Positions 1 to 8,086 of a stretch of 24,000 nucleotides of DNA are shown here, one piece after another; position 1 is the stretch's first letter, and each line of letters starts with the position of its first letter. Origin of the DNA: Acinetobacter phage Ac42; the sequence record HM032710.1, one strand, 5' to 3'. The position numbers and the translations under genes were made by a program. The notes under the pieces were generated by a model that had not been told where the DNA came from, ran no database searches, and saw nothing but the letters and a program-made list of their open reading frames with translations.

Positions 1-2178
1 TCATTTGATATTGCCCTTGATCTTTTTCATGATCTCTGTGCTGAAGTCATATGAATTCGTAATATAGTGTGCTTCTAACGGATACTGTGCCTCAAACTCT
101 CGTTTAAGTTTAGAAAAATTCTTTTCGCCGATTGCAATATATGTTTCGTAATCATGAATTAGACGATTTAAATCATTTGCAATAGGGCAATGCACACCAC
201 GAACCTTCCCAACATAATGCCAGTATCGTGTCACAACACCGTAATCTTTAGTTGAAGTAGTTTTACCAAACAACTTAGGAATTAATCCCATCTTCCGAAT
301 CCGAGACATGAATCGTCCTGATTCGTCTAAGACTACGTGATTGACTTTGTCTAAAGAATCTAAAGACGCCTTTAAGTGATTATACACTTCGGACAAATAA
401 CACTTAATCTTTGGATTAGGTTTTGATTTAAAACGCTGAATCACAGATGGTCGAAGGACATAGAACTCGTCGATTCCACACAATGCAGAAACTTGACGGA
501 AGTCATAATGGCTCGCTAATAAAAGTTGTCCACCATTCAAATCCGTAATCGTATCACGATTCGATCCAACTGCAAGCCCTTCGAGTTTATCCAATTCAGA
601 CGCAGTCATTCGATATTCTTTAACTGAGTAAAACGCATTGTCTCCTTTTGATGACAGTGTATATTTTTGAACATTACTATAAGCTGGACGAGACTCAACA
701 ATTTTCTTGTTGTCAACTGTTTTTACTTGACGCTGTGGATCATGATCAATAAGATCTGGCATGTCAGAATACTTGATAATGTTGACTTCATCATCAAAGA
801 AAACTTCTTTCAACAAAGCTTCTAATTGAACAATGTCGATTTCATCTGGCTTAACAAACATTGCTCCAAATAAGTTTTCTTCAATATTGTGAGCTTCTTT
901 ATATTCTTTCGGTGCATTGAAGATAGAGCGAACCGCAGCAGTTGTACGCATTTTAGTATCTTCATAAACAACAGTGATTCCGTCATTGAGCAATCCGATT
1001 TTGTCTATTACTGAAACTTTACTATATGGCAATTTGCGAGTTTCTATTGACAAAGTTTTACGTGATGGACTTAAGTTAAAGTAGTAATAACGTTTACCAT
1101 CCATCAAAAATTGTACTTTAGCTTTTGCAACAAAGTTAACTAATTCAGAGATACTCATACCATTTGAAAGACGACGTCCTGATGCCATAATAGCATTACG
1201 TTGAGACGTAGAGTATCCGTTAAATAAGCGCCAAGCTTTACGTGGATTTGCTTCTTCAAAGATTTCTTTTGTCGCCTTTGTAAATGCTTCGTCGTTTATA
1301 CTGTTCACTCGTTTACAAATGTTTTCAATTGTTCGCTGGTCTAATGATAACTCTTCACGTGAAGGAGCAATATCTAACTCACCAAGATCGAAATTGAAAT
1401 AGTAAACACCACCGTATGTTTTTAACCATTCAGCATTCATTCCGGGAATATCTGTTAACGGGTAGACAATACGACCATAAAGAGCGTAAACACCTTGTCG
1501 TTCAGATGATTGTGGAAGATGAAACATAGTTTTATTTTTAACGGATTCTACGTCAAAATAATTTACTGTGATGTCTCCATCAATGTCTGGTTTAACATCA
1601 CCAAATGGTCGAAGCACATAACGAATTTCATTGGCCCAAGAATTCAAATCTTCTTGACGAACTGGTACAATGACTTCAAGACCAGGTAAGTCATCTGCAT
1701 TCATAGGCTCTTCGAAAGTTTTATTCAACACAGGACCGTTTTCAGTTAGTACTGCGCTATAACCATAAACTGTACCATCATGAAATGATGTAATGTTAAA
1801 TGCCGGCGCATAGCTAAATGGGGTTTTCGCACCAAGGCCAAGACCACCAATCTGATCATTTGAGTCGGTTTTTGTCGACATGAAATAAACAGTATACACG
1901 TCAACAATGTCTTTAGGGCTTAAACCTGGCCCAAAGTCCCGAATAACAAAACGTGGGTCAAGCATAGTTGGTGCTTTAATTTTAAAGGGTTTTGCTTGAT
2001 TGACTAAAACATGCGCATCAATAGCATTACACGATAACTCACGCACAATTGCACGAATTTTATTTTTGTACAAGTTACTAGACAGAATTTTAAATGCTTT
2101 TGGTGAAGCAGCAATTTTAAATTCTGCTGCTTCAGTTGCATTACCCATAATCGGTTCATTGTTATCGGTAAAAATCAT
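1..2178 (-). CDS. rIIA: RIIA-like protector from prophage-induced early lysis (GHKL-type ATPase N-terminus)
   Basis: 725 aa ORF, TGA at 1-3, AGGAG upstream of ATG at 2178. Motifs NKIRAIVRELSCNAIDAH, LDPRFVIRDFGPGL, GGLGLGAKTPFSY and LDIAPSREELSLDQRT closely match T4 rIIA. Confidence 0.93.
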   Translation of the reverse strand: MIFTDNNEPIMGNATEAAEFKIAASPKAFKILSSNLYKNKIRAIVRELSCNAIDAHVLVNQAKPFKIKAPTMLDPRFVIRDFGPGLSPKDIVDVYTVYFMSTKTDSNDQIGGLGLGAKTPFSYAPAFNITSFHDGTVYGYSAVLTENGPVLNKTFEEPMNADDLPGLEVIVPVRQEDLNSWANEIRYVLRPFGDVKPDIDGDITVNYFDVESVKNKTMFHLPQSSERQGVYALYGRIVYPLTDIPGMNAEWLKTYGGVYYFNFDLGELDIAPSREELSLDQRTIENICKRVNSINDEAFTKATKEIFEEANPRKAWRLFNGYSTSQRNAIMASGRRLSNGMSISELVNFVAKAKVQFLMDGKRYYYFNLSPSRKTLSIETRKLPYSKVSVIDKIGLLNDGITVVYEDTKMRTTAAVRSIFNAPKEYKEAHNIEENLFGAMFVKPDEIDIVQLEALLKEVFFDDEVNIIKYSDMPDLIDHDPQRQVKTVDNKKIVESRPAYSNVQKYTLSSKGDNAFYSVKEYRMTASELDKLEGLAVGSNRDTITDLNGGQLLLASHYDFRQVSALCGIDEFYVLRPSVIQRFKSKPNPKIKCYLSEVYNHLKASLDSLDKVNHVVLDESGRFMSRIRKMGLIPKLFGKTTSTKDYGVVTRYWHYVGKVRGVHCPIANDLNRLIHDYETYIAIGEKNFSKLKREFEAQYPLEAHYITNSYDFSTEIMKKIKGNIK

Positions 2179-2188
2179 TGTGTTCTCC

Positions 2189-2521
2189 TCAAAGAATCTT
2201 ATTCAAAATTTCAAGATCAGATTCTGTTAATTCTTTATCGACAAATCGCTGTGCCATACCATTTGTTTTTTCTGCAAATTCTGTAGCAAGAGTGTCGCCC
2301 CAGAACTTAGATAAGCAACGCTCTTCTTTTGCTAAAAGCTTAAGAATTGTTGCAATAACCTTTTCTTTAGGCATAGATGATACGATACCATTGCGAACGA
2401 TTGCTAAAACTTTATCGTCTTTTGTGAATACAGTAGTTGTACCAGAATCACCACAAATTTCATTTCGAACTGGAAGATTGTCATTTACCATTAAGGCAAG
2501 AATTTTTGCATTTAAGTTCAT
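2189..2521 (-). CDS. hypothetical protein (position equivalent to T4 rIIA.1 region)
   Basis: 110 aa ORF between promoter 2557-2585 and rIIA; on coding strand; no recognised family. Confidence 0.75.
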   Translation of the reverse strand: MNLNAKILALMVNDNLPVRNEICGDSGTTTVFTKDDKVLAIVRNGIVSSMPKEKVIATILKLLAKEERCLSKFWGDTLATEFAEKTNGMAQRFVDKELTESDLEILNKIL

Positions 2522-2556
2522 GCTGAATTACTCATGTTTGTTTATTTGATAATGCT

Positions 2557-2585
2557 ATAATACTAAAAAAGGAAGGCATTGTAAA
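2557..2585 (-). promoter_or_regulatory. T4-type early promoter TTTACA-N17-TATTAT
   Basis: Minus strand ...TATTTACAATGCCTTCCTTTTTTAGTATTATAGC; exact 17-nt spacer. Confidence 0.75.
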
Positions 2586-2596
2586 TACCTTCCTTT
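2568..2596 (-). terminator. Rho-independent terminator overlapping early promoter
   Basis: 9-bp stem AAAGGAAGG/CCTTCCTTT, loop contains the -35 box; followed by T-run on minus strand. Confidence 0.75.
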
Positions 2597-2599
2597 AAA

Positions 2600-2719
2600 T
2601 TATTCATAACTTTTTTTGAACTTCTCTTTTCGAGAGTATTGAGTTTTGTCTTTGACCACTTGCATTTTAAAAGCAGGTGTTCGGACAGCCTTTGCGATTG
2701 GATTGCGTTTGCCTTTCAT
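2600..2719 (-). CDS. small basic protein MKGKRNPIAKAVRTPAFKMQVVKDKTQYSRKEKFKKSYE (common phage/proteobacterial small-protein family)
   Basis: 39 aa ORF absent from supplied track; GGAG RBS upstream; sequence pattern 'MKGKRNPxAKAxRTPAF' recognised from small conserved proteins. Confidence 0.8.
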   Translation of the reverse strand: MKGKRNPIAKAVRTPAFKMQVVKDKTQYSRKEKFKKSYE

Positions 2720-2735
2720 AGTGTGCTCCTTTAAC

Positions 2736-3116
2736 TTATTTAATGTCAAAAATTAAATCACCAGAAACTGAAATGCATAAGTCCTTCCAATTTCCAATAC
2801 GTTGTATACCTTCGATTACTGCAAAATCAACGAAGTCATCTTCGATTTTTGCAATATCCCAAGAACTGTTATCAACTGAACTCGGCTGTGAGTTCTCGAA
2901 CGGCACAGGCTTATACTGGTAAATGCACATAGTCCCATCCGGATCAATTGCAATAAATGCGTCTTTCCATGATTCTGGAATATTCACCGCCACGTATAAC
3001 TTGTGTTTACCGTGCAGAACAGAATCTTTGATCACCGTTAGAGATTTAATAGTAGTTCTAAGATTGTTTTCTTTAAAATAATCTAAGTACATATTTCCAC
3101 TTGGTTTAATTTTCAT
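2736..3116 (-). CDS. hypothetical protein
   Basis: 126 aa ORF with GGAGAAG before ATG and a promoter candidate at 3145-3173. Confidence 0.8.
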   Translation of the reverse strand: MKIKPSGNMYLDYFKENNLRTTIKSLTVIKDSVLHGKHKLYVAVNIPESWKDAFIAIDPDGTMCIYQYKPVPFENSQPSSVDNSSWDIAKIEDDFVDFAVIEGIQRIGNWKDLCISVSGDLIFDIK

Positions 3117-3144
3117 TGCAACTTCTCCGGTTAAGATAAAGCCT

Positions 3145-3173
3145 ATTTTAAACTACCTAATTTGATTTGTACA
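3145..3173 (-). promoter_or_regulatory. possible early promoter TGTACA-N17-TAAAAT
   Basis: Right spacing, variant boxes, intergenic position. Confidence 0.45.
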
Positions 3174-3203
3174 TCATCATTTAAGATAGGATTTTTATCT
3201 TTG

Positions 3204-3308
3204 TCAAAAAGACGTCCCTTTTTTATCGATGTAAAAATAGTCCATTTCAGATAATTTCTGGAGAATCGGGCTTTTGTATTCACCGGCTACAATAGTTTGC
3301 TTAATCAT
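3204..3308 (-). CDS. small hypothetical protein MIKQTIVAGEYKSPILQKLSEMDYFYIDKKGTSF
   Basis: 34 aa ORF not in track; AGGAAA 6 nt upstream of ATG, follows the ATP-grasp gene. Confidence 0.5.
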   Translation of the reverse strand: MIKQTIVAGEYKSPILQKLSEMDYFYIDKKGTSF

Positions 3309-3317
3309 GATTATTTC

Positions 3318-4556
3318 CTACAGTAAGTGTTGATATTTCTGTTCAAGGCCTTCCGGCACAAATAAGTGAGATGCAAAGAATGCATCCATTCCAGTTACAA
3401 GATTTTTGTCTTCACGAATAGACATGCCACAGGCCTTATCACCAATGACCCATGAACCAATAATTGGATAATATCCATCATGTGGTTTAATATTAAACCA
3501 TTCTTGATACATATAACCCCAATGATCATATTCAGGCACCGAGTGAGAACCTTGCGCTAACTCGTCTCGGAATACTTTGCCACATTCCGCTTCGTAAACA
3601 TTAATATTCGATCCTTCACGTCCATGGATTGCTTTCTTGGCCCATTTACCATTGTTCGGAGCAAAGTCATATGAAGGCAATAAATTTGGATGAGCAGTGT
3701 GATCAGCCCAGAGTTTAATTGACATCGCTTTATTTGACATCAACATTTTCCAAGCAGGCTCCATCCATTTAGTTGAAGTACCTACAATGGCTTTACCAAA
3801 ATTTTCACTAGTCATCCATTCCCACGGATACAATTTAAAGATATTTAAAATCTCTTCGTCTTGTAGATCTGTAAAAATTTGACGAGCGTTTCCATTACAA
3901 AATTCAGTACAAGTACCGATGTCTTCCATCTGGAGTTCTTTGACACGAATACCAGCTCGTAAAGCAGTGTCCATAATATAAACTAAGTTTCCAAAGTCTT
4001 CATGACGGAATCCACCACTTGCTGCGAAGTGAATAAGATCAGTAGTATTAAATCGTTTTTGCCATGTCTCAATTAATGTTTCATCAATCAAGTTGTATTG
4101 AATTTTTAACTCTTCTGGGAGTTCTGGATTTTGCTCCAAATAATTCCATTGTCCAATAGAGCATTCAAGAATAGAAACTGGAGTGTCCCCGTTGTATTCA
4201 AACATTTTTAAGCGATTTTGCTCATCGTACGCTAAGTCAAAACGTCCGTACAACGACTGTTCATTATTTTTCCATGATTGTTCAATCAAAGATTTTTCGA
4301 GATCAGTTAAACGGAAGTATGCGGGATAATCACCGGAAGTAATCATTCGTTCGGCACAATCAATATGCATATCATGAAGCTCTTGAGTGACCGCCTGTTG
4401 ACGATCGATTTCTGCTTCAGTGAATGTATAACAAACACCTTCTTGCCAATAAGGGAGCTGCTCTGGTCCAGAAGGAAGATTCCAATAATTCATCCCAATT
4501 GCTTCGAGTTGTTGTGCAAAATCTGGACGTTTGTAAAAGTTGTTAAATCGTTTCAT
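3318..4556 (-). CDS. glutathionylspermidine synthase-like / YgiC-family ATP-grasp ligase
   Basis: 412 aa. Motifs LYGRFDLAYD...KMFEYNGDTPVSILE, LFKLYPWEWM, WMEPAWKMLMSNKAM, HPNLLPSY, GREGSNINVYE, PIIGSWVIGDKACGMSIREDKNLVT match the Gsp synthase ATP-grasp family. Confidence 0.93.
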   Translation of the reverse strand: MKRFNNFYKRPDFAQQLEAIGMNYWNLPSGPEQLPYWQEGVCYTFTEAEIDRQQAVTQELHDMHIDCAERMITSGDYPAYFRLTDLEKSLIEQSWKNNEQSLYGRFDLAYDEQNRLKMFEYNGDTPVSILECSIGQWNYLEQNPELPEELKIQYNLIDETLIETWQKRFNTTDLIHFAASGGFRHEDFGNLVYIMDTALRAGIRVKELQMEDIGTCTEFCNGNARQIFTDLQDEEILNIFKLYPWEWMTSENFGKAIVGTSTKWMEPAWKMLMSNKAMSIKLWADHTAHPNLLPSYDFAPNNGKWAKKAIHGREGSNINVYEAECGKVFRDELAQGSHSVPEYDHWGYMYQEWFNIKPHDGYYPIIGSWVIGDKACGMSIREDKNLVTGMDAFFASHLFVPEGLEQKYQHLL

Positions 4557-4981
4557 TTTACTGCGCTCAACAATGTTTCTAAAGAACTACGATACTGAGA
4601 ATGTGTTTTACATTCCTGTAGACGAATTACCGCTTGTTTGATTGTGTCTTGTAACGCTTTGCCAGAAAGCTCTTCTACCACTTTAATACTTCTAAGAGTG
4701 TAGAAATCTGAATCATAGTCTACTTTATCATGACGAGTGTGAAGGCGAGTTTCTGGGTATTGCGCCATAAACTTTGTCAAAGTGTGTCGAGAAGTTGACT
4801 CCCATCCATGTAAAAAAGCACCGTAACCATCATTAACGACAATAGAAATTATTTCGCCGTGGTCTGTGAGGGTCTTTACTACATCACCAATAAAAAGTTG
4901 GATTCCGTTTGCTACTAGAGAAGTTGAACGACCAACTTCCCCGTAGTTTCTGTCACTTACTACACTGCGAATGACTTTCAT
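4553..4981 (-). CDS. hypothetical protein, paralogue of 4981-5397
   Basis: 142 aa; YGEVGRSTSLVANGIQLFIGDVVK aligns with YGKLGTETDLTASNGVPLFVGDTVL of the neighbour. Confidence 0.8.
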   Translation of the reverse strand: MKVIRSVVSDRNYGEVGRSTSLVANGIQLFIGDVVKTLTDHGEIISIVVNDGYGAFLHGWESTSRHTLTKFMAQYPETRLHTRHDKVDYDSDFYTLRSIKVVEELSGKALQDTIKQAVIRLQECKTHSQYRSSLETLLSAVK

Positions 4982-5397
4982 TATAGACCTACTAATTCAT
5001 TAAAGCGTGCAATCATTTCTTCTTTTGAAGAAGTTTGTTCCAAAGCGATAAAGACTTCTTTAAGCTTTGCTTTGTGATCATAAGTTTCATCAATGATAGT
5101 AAATTGATCATTTGTGAATACAGAACTTTTAGCGTCAGCATTTTCGTGTGAAGTCAATAAAGACACAGTATAGTCTTTATGACTAGCTAATGAATTACCA
5201 CTGCCGCCATAACCGAATACAATAAATTTACCAAAGCTTTCAACAACTAAGCATTGATTTGAACGTCCATGAAGGAGATTAGTTACAAGAACTGTATCAC
5301 CAACAAAAAGTGGAACACCATTTGAAGCAGTTAAATCTGTTTCTGTACCAAGTTTACCGTAGTTTTGTCTAAATTTGTCAATAATAAATTTATTCAT
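4981..5397 (-). CDS. hypothetical protein, NG-LFVGD-V module
   Basis: 138 aa; preceded by early promoter 5426-5454 and AACGAGGT RBS. Confidence 0.82.
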   Translation of the reverse strand: MNKFIIDKFRQNYGKLGTETDLTASNGVPLFVGDTVLVTNLLHGRSNQCLVVESFGKFIVFGYGGSGNSLASHKDYTVSLLTSHENADAKSSVFTNDQFTIIDETYDHKAKLKEVFIALEQTSSKEEMIARFNELVGL

Positions 5398-5425
5398 TTC
5401 AATTACCTCGTTGTTGATGAAAGCT

Positions 5426-5454
5426 ATAGTACCACGTCCTTGTGGTGTTGTAAA
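5426..5454 (-). promoter_or_regulatory. T4-type early promoter TTTACA-N17-TACTAT
   Basis: Minus strand TGTTTACAACACCACAAGGACGTGGTACTATAGC. Confidence 0.7.
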
Positions 5455-5506
5455 CAGTTATTTTAAATTAACCACCTGTTGATCGAGCACCAGATCGCCG
5501 TATTTT

Positions 5507-5629
5507 CTATATTGACACCGGTAACATGCCTTCATTTCTAACAAGTCGATAACAGTTAATGCGATTTACTTCATACTGTTTTGATACGGTCCAAATATTT
5601 CCTAAATATCGGACTCTCAATTTTTCCAT
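5507..5629 (-). CDS. small hypothetical protein MEKLRVRYLGNIWTVSKQYEVNRINCYRLVRNEGMLPVSI
   Basis: 40 aa ORF not in track; TTGGAGAATAAA before ATG, tightly following the stop of 5631-5960. Confidence 0.6.
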   Translation of the reverse strand: MEKLRVRYLGNIWTVSKQYEVNRINCYRLVRNEGMLPVSI

Positions 5630-5630
5630 T

Positions 5631-5960
5631 TTATTCTCCAAGAGAAAGATTATATTTAGCCAAGCATTCTTCAGTCGAATCTAATTCTTTGTGACTTTTG
5701 AGAAGAGTTAAATCGATAGATTGCTCGCCTTTACATTCAGCATAAGCAGGTCGCCACCCCATAGGGAAATCAGTATCTTTATCATTAACTACAATGCTTC
5801 TGGTAATGTCAAAGCCAAAATTTTTAAAATACACGGTGACTGCAACAACATCTCCAACACAAAGAACTGTTCCATTAATGTCTTTTAATGTAGTTGCTTG
5901 GCCAATCAGACCTTTATCTATCGGTTCGCCAATTCCACCTGGGGTATGAGTAATGTGCAT
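5631..5960 (-). CDS. hypothetical protein, distant member of the NG-L-VGD-V module
   Basis: 109 aa; IGQATTLKDINGTVLCVGDVVAV resembles the two downstream neighbours. Confidence 0.75.
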   Translation of the reverse strand: MHITHTPGGIGEPIDKGLIGQATTLKDINGTVLCVGDVVAVTVYFKNFGFDITRSIVVNDKDTDFPMGWRPAYAECKGEQSIDLTLLKSHKELDSTEECLAKYNLSLGE

Positions 5961-5978
5961 AATATTTCCTTATTAAAA

Positions 5979-5997
5979 AGGGAGCGCAAGGCTCCCT
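5979..5997 (-). terminator. Rho-independent terminator after RNA ligase gene
   Basis: Minus strand AGGGAGC-CTTGC-GCTCCCTTTTTAATAA. Confidence 0.75.
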
Positions 5998-6002
5998 ATA
6001 AA

Positions 6003-7055
6003 TTAATTACTAATGATGTCTACCCATTTTGAACGAATTAAAGTAGTGACTTGATGTTGGATTTCTTTAGAAACTTTACTTGGAGAATCAGCAACATCAA
6101 TTGAGATTTCTTCACGCTTAGCTTCAGCAAAAATATCTTTCATCATAAGACCCATAACTTTACCAAAGTCTTTAGCAGTTACTTCACCAATATGAGACAG
6201 CACATTTGATAAACGATTTTCAGTAATGAACTCACTAAACTGAGTTGCTAATGCAATATCTTTATCAGTCATTGGAGTCGGCAATTTTGGCGCTTTGCCT
6301 TTACCTTTTTCTTTAAATGCATCAGTTTTGTATTTGATTGCAATACGAGAACCATTACCAAGAAATGCTGGAACAACTGGTTTAATTACAAGACCTTCAC
6401 CTACATTATCGGTTGGAGCTTCAGGCTTGACGAAATCGTAGAATCCATTTCCAGCTTCGTCCCAAAGTTTGTTATATGTTGGAACTGTAGTATTAAATTC
6501 CACAGGAAGTTTAAGAAGTTCTTCCAGAGTACCAATGGCAATAATTGGTGCCATTTTTAAACCAGCCACTGAAGCAACACCAGTTGCAGCAACGTCGTTA
6601 ATGTATTTGTCATCAAACATTACATCGAAAGCATAAAAATCTTTTTCACCGTAATCAACTTCTTTTTGAATTCCACCACCAGCGTATTCACCAAAAATTT
6701 GAACTTTTTCGACTGTAACAGATGGTACAAATCCAGGTGAACCTTCGATTTCTTGTTTGTATTCACCAGCAATAAGTTTTTCTTGAATAACTTCAAAACT
6801 TTTGCGATATTTCGCCATTAGATCTTGCCACCCGAAGAATGACTCAGTTTCACTAATAGGGCCAGAACGTTTAGCAGGTTGGATAGAATCTTTTGTGATG
6901 ATCACACTAAAGTTTGTGCCATGGATTTTTTCACGAGCAACAAAATGATTATCGCAATATCCAAGAGTAATCGCTTCTACGATCTTTTCAAGGAATTTAG
7001 AATTAGTGTGGTTTTCTAAAGATGAATATTTAACAAATGGCATATTTGACTCCAA
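6003..7055 (-). CDS. rnlB: T4 RNA ligase 2 (Rnl2) homologue
   Basis: 350 aa. VKYSSLENHTNSKFLEKI, VAREKIHGTNFSVII (nucleotidyl-lysine motif), GEYAGGGIQKEVDYGEKDFYAFDV, VIKPVVPAFLGNGSRIAIKYK, IGEVTAKDFGKVMGLMMKDIF match T4 Rnl2. Confidence 0.96.
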   Translation of the reverse strand: MESNMPFVKYSSLENHTNSKFLEKIVEAITLGYCDNHFVAREKIHGTNFSVIITKDSIQPAKRSGPISETESFFGWQDLMAKYRKSFEVIQEKLIAGEYKQEIEGSPGFVPSVTVEKVQIFGEYAGGGIQKEVDYGEKDFYAFDVMFDDKYINDVAATGVASVAGLKMAPIIAIGTLEELLKLPVEFNTTVPTYNKLWDEAGNGFYDFVKPEAPTDNVGEGLVIKPVVPAFLGNGSRIAIKYKTDAFKEKGKGKAPKLPTPMTDKDIALATQFSEFITENRLSNVLSHIGEVTAKDFGKVMGLMMKDIFAEAKREEISIDVADSPSKVSKEIQHQVTTLIRSKWVDIISN

Positions 7056-7072
7056 GTATTTGGGAATTTAAA

Positions 7073-7288
7073 TTAAGCTAAAAGTGTAGCATTGCGGATG
7101 ATAAGAACATCACCGACTTTTTTAGGTGAGAAAGCTTCTGATGCTTTGATCATTTTGATCAGATTTTCAGTATGCTCTTTTCGTTTTGTTGTAGGTATCA
7201 GTGTTTGGTCAATATCGACAGTTTCTTGACTAATTGCAATATGACCTGATACCATATTTGTTGCGATAACTTCAATTACAACTTTCAT
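7073..7288 (-). CDS. hypothetical protein
   Basis: 71 aa ORF overlapping 4 nt with upstream ORF (ATGA). Confidence 0.72.
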   Translation of the reverse strand: MKVVIEVIATNMVSGHIAISQETVDIDQTLIPTTKRKEHTENLIKMIKASEAFSPKKVGDVLIIRNATLLA

Positions 7289-7683
7289 ACTAATTCCTTC
7301 TTAGGTACACCACGTACTTTTAAACCGATTTTAGACTCAAGAGTTTCTGGATCGACAGAACGCACTAGGCCAATGGTATATACAATTTCTGCTTCTAAAA
7401 TATTAGCAATATAAGTGTTAGATTTGTCAGCAAATGACCCGGTCCAGCTTTTGACAATTTCAACATTTCCATTTTCGTCTAAATAAGTAGGATATTCAAC
7501 AAATTTAATGCCTGATGCTGCTAGTTCAGAATATGTTGGAAATTGTTTTCGTAATGCAATAATTTGATCACGATCAGCTTTAAGATTTACATCAGTAGAT
7601 GCGTCATTAAAAACTTTTACCAAACGATTATAAGTCTTTGCAGTTAATTTACCAGGACGTTTATGTTTAAGATTTTTCATCAT
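7285..7683 (-). CDS. hypothetical protein
   Basis: 132 aa ORF, ATGA overlap with 7680-7952. Confidence 0.78.
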   Translation of the reverse strand: MMKNLKHKRPGKLTAKTYNRLVKVFNDASTDVNLKADRDQIIALRKQFPTYSELAASGIKFVEYPTYLDENGNVEIVKSWTGSFADKSNTYIANILEAEIVYTIGLVRSVDPETLESKIGLKVRGVPKKELV

Positions 7684-7952
7684 AATAACTCCAATTCTTT
7701 TAAAGCGTATTCAATGCATGCATAATTAATTTCTGACACAATAACTAAAGGATGATCATAAGTCATTACAAAAATCTTGTGATCTACCATAAGTTTATAC
7801 ATAATACACCCAGATAAATGTGAAGCGTATTGCGCAATGTTGTCTTTTGTAAGGCCAGTCATTTTATTGCTATCTAGAAGCTTCTGTACTAACGCCAGGA
7901 TGTCTTTTTCTGCATCTGTCAGTGTTACTTCAGTAAAGTTAATAAGTTCCAT
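7680..7952 (-). CDS. hypothetical protein (MELINFTEVTLTDAEKDIL...)
   Basis: Track start 8006 runs through a repeated gene-39 3'-end segment; internal ATG at 7952 preceded by CTGGAG is the better start. Confidence 0.75.
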   Translation of the reverse strand: MELINFTEVTLTDAEKDILALVQKLLDSNKMTGLTKDNIAQYASHLSGCIMYKLMVDHKIFVMTYDHPLVIVSEINYACIEYALKELELL

Positions 7953-7962
7953 AGTGGGCTCC

Positions 7963-8040
7963 AGGATGTCACGAGGACATCCACTCTTTACGTAATTGTG
8001 AATCATTACCTAATTACATTTCAAATTGGTCTTTCCAATT
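7963..8040 (-). pseudogene. remnant duplicate of gene 39 3' end
   Basis: Reads NWKDQFEM*LGNDSQLRKEWMSS* in the frame matching gp39 NWKDQFEMLFGNDPDKRKEWMSS*; 69/78 nt identical to 8617-8694. Confidence 0.88.
7963..8040. repeat. 78-bp direct repeat, copy 1
   Basis: Colinear with 8617-8694 at offset 654; 31/31 + 14/23 + 24/24 identical positions. Confidence 0.92.
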
Positions 8041-8086
8041 TTGTAAAGTTCATAATGTTCATCCAAGTGTCTAACGTTATCGTCGA

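Noticed and set aside
7953-8006. N-terminal extension MIHNYVKSGCPRDILEPT and the similar MKCCLVTIPINVKSGCPRDILGGK at 8607-8678
   Set aside because: The shared VKSGCPRDIL peptide is an off-frame translation of the duplicated gene 39 end and hairpin; internal starts at 7952 and 8606 have proper RBS.
8016-8078. Possible small ORF MNIMNFTKLERPI downstream of acb2
   Set aside because: Too short and overlaps the gene 39 remnant; better explained as decayed duplicate sequence.
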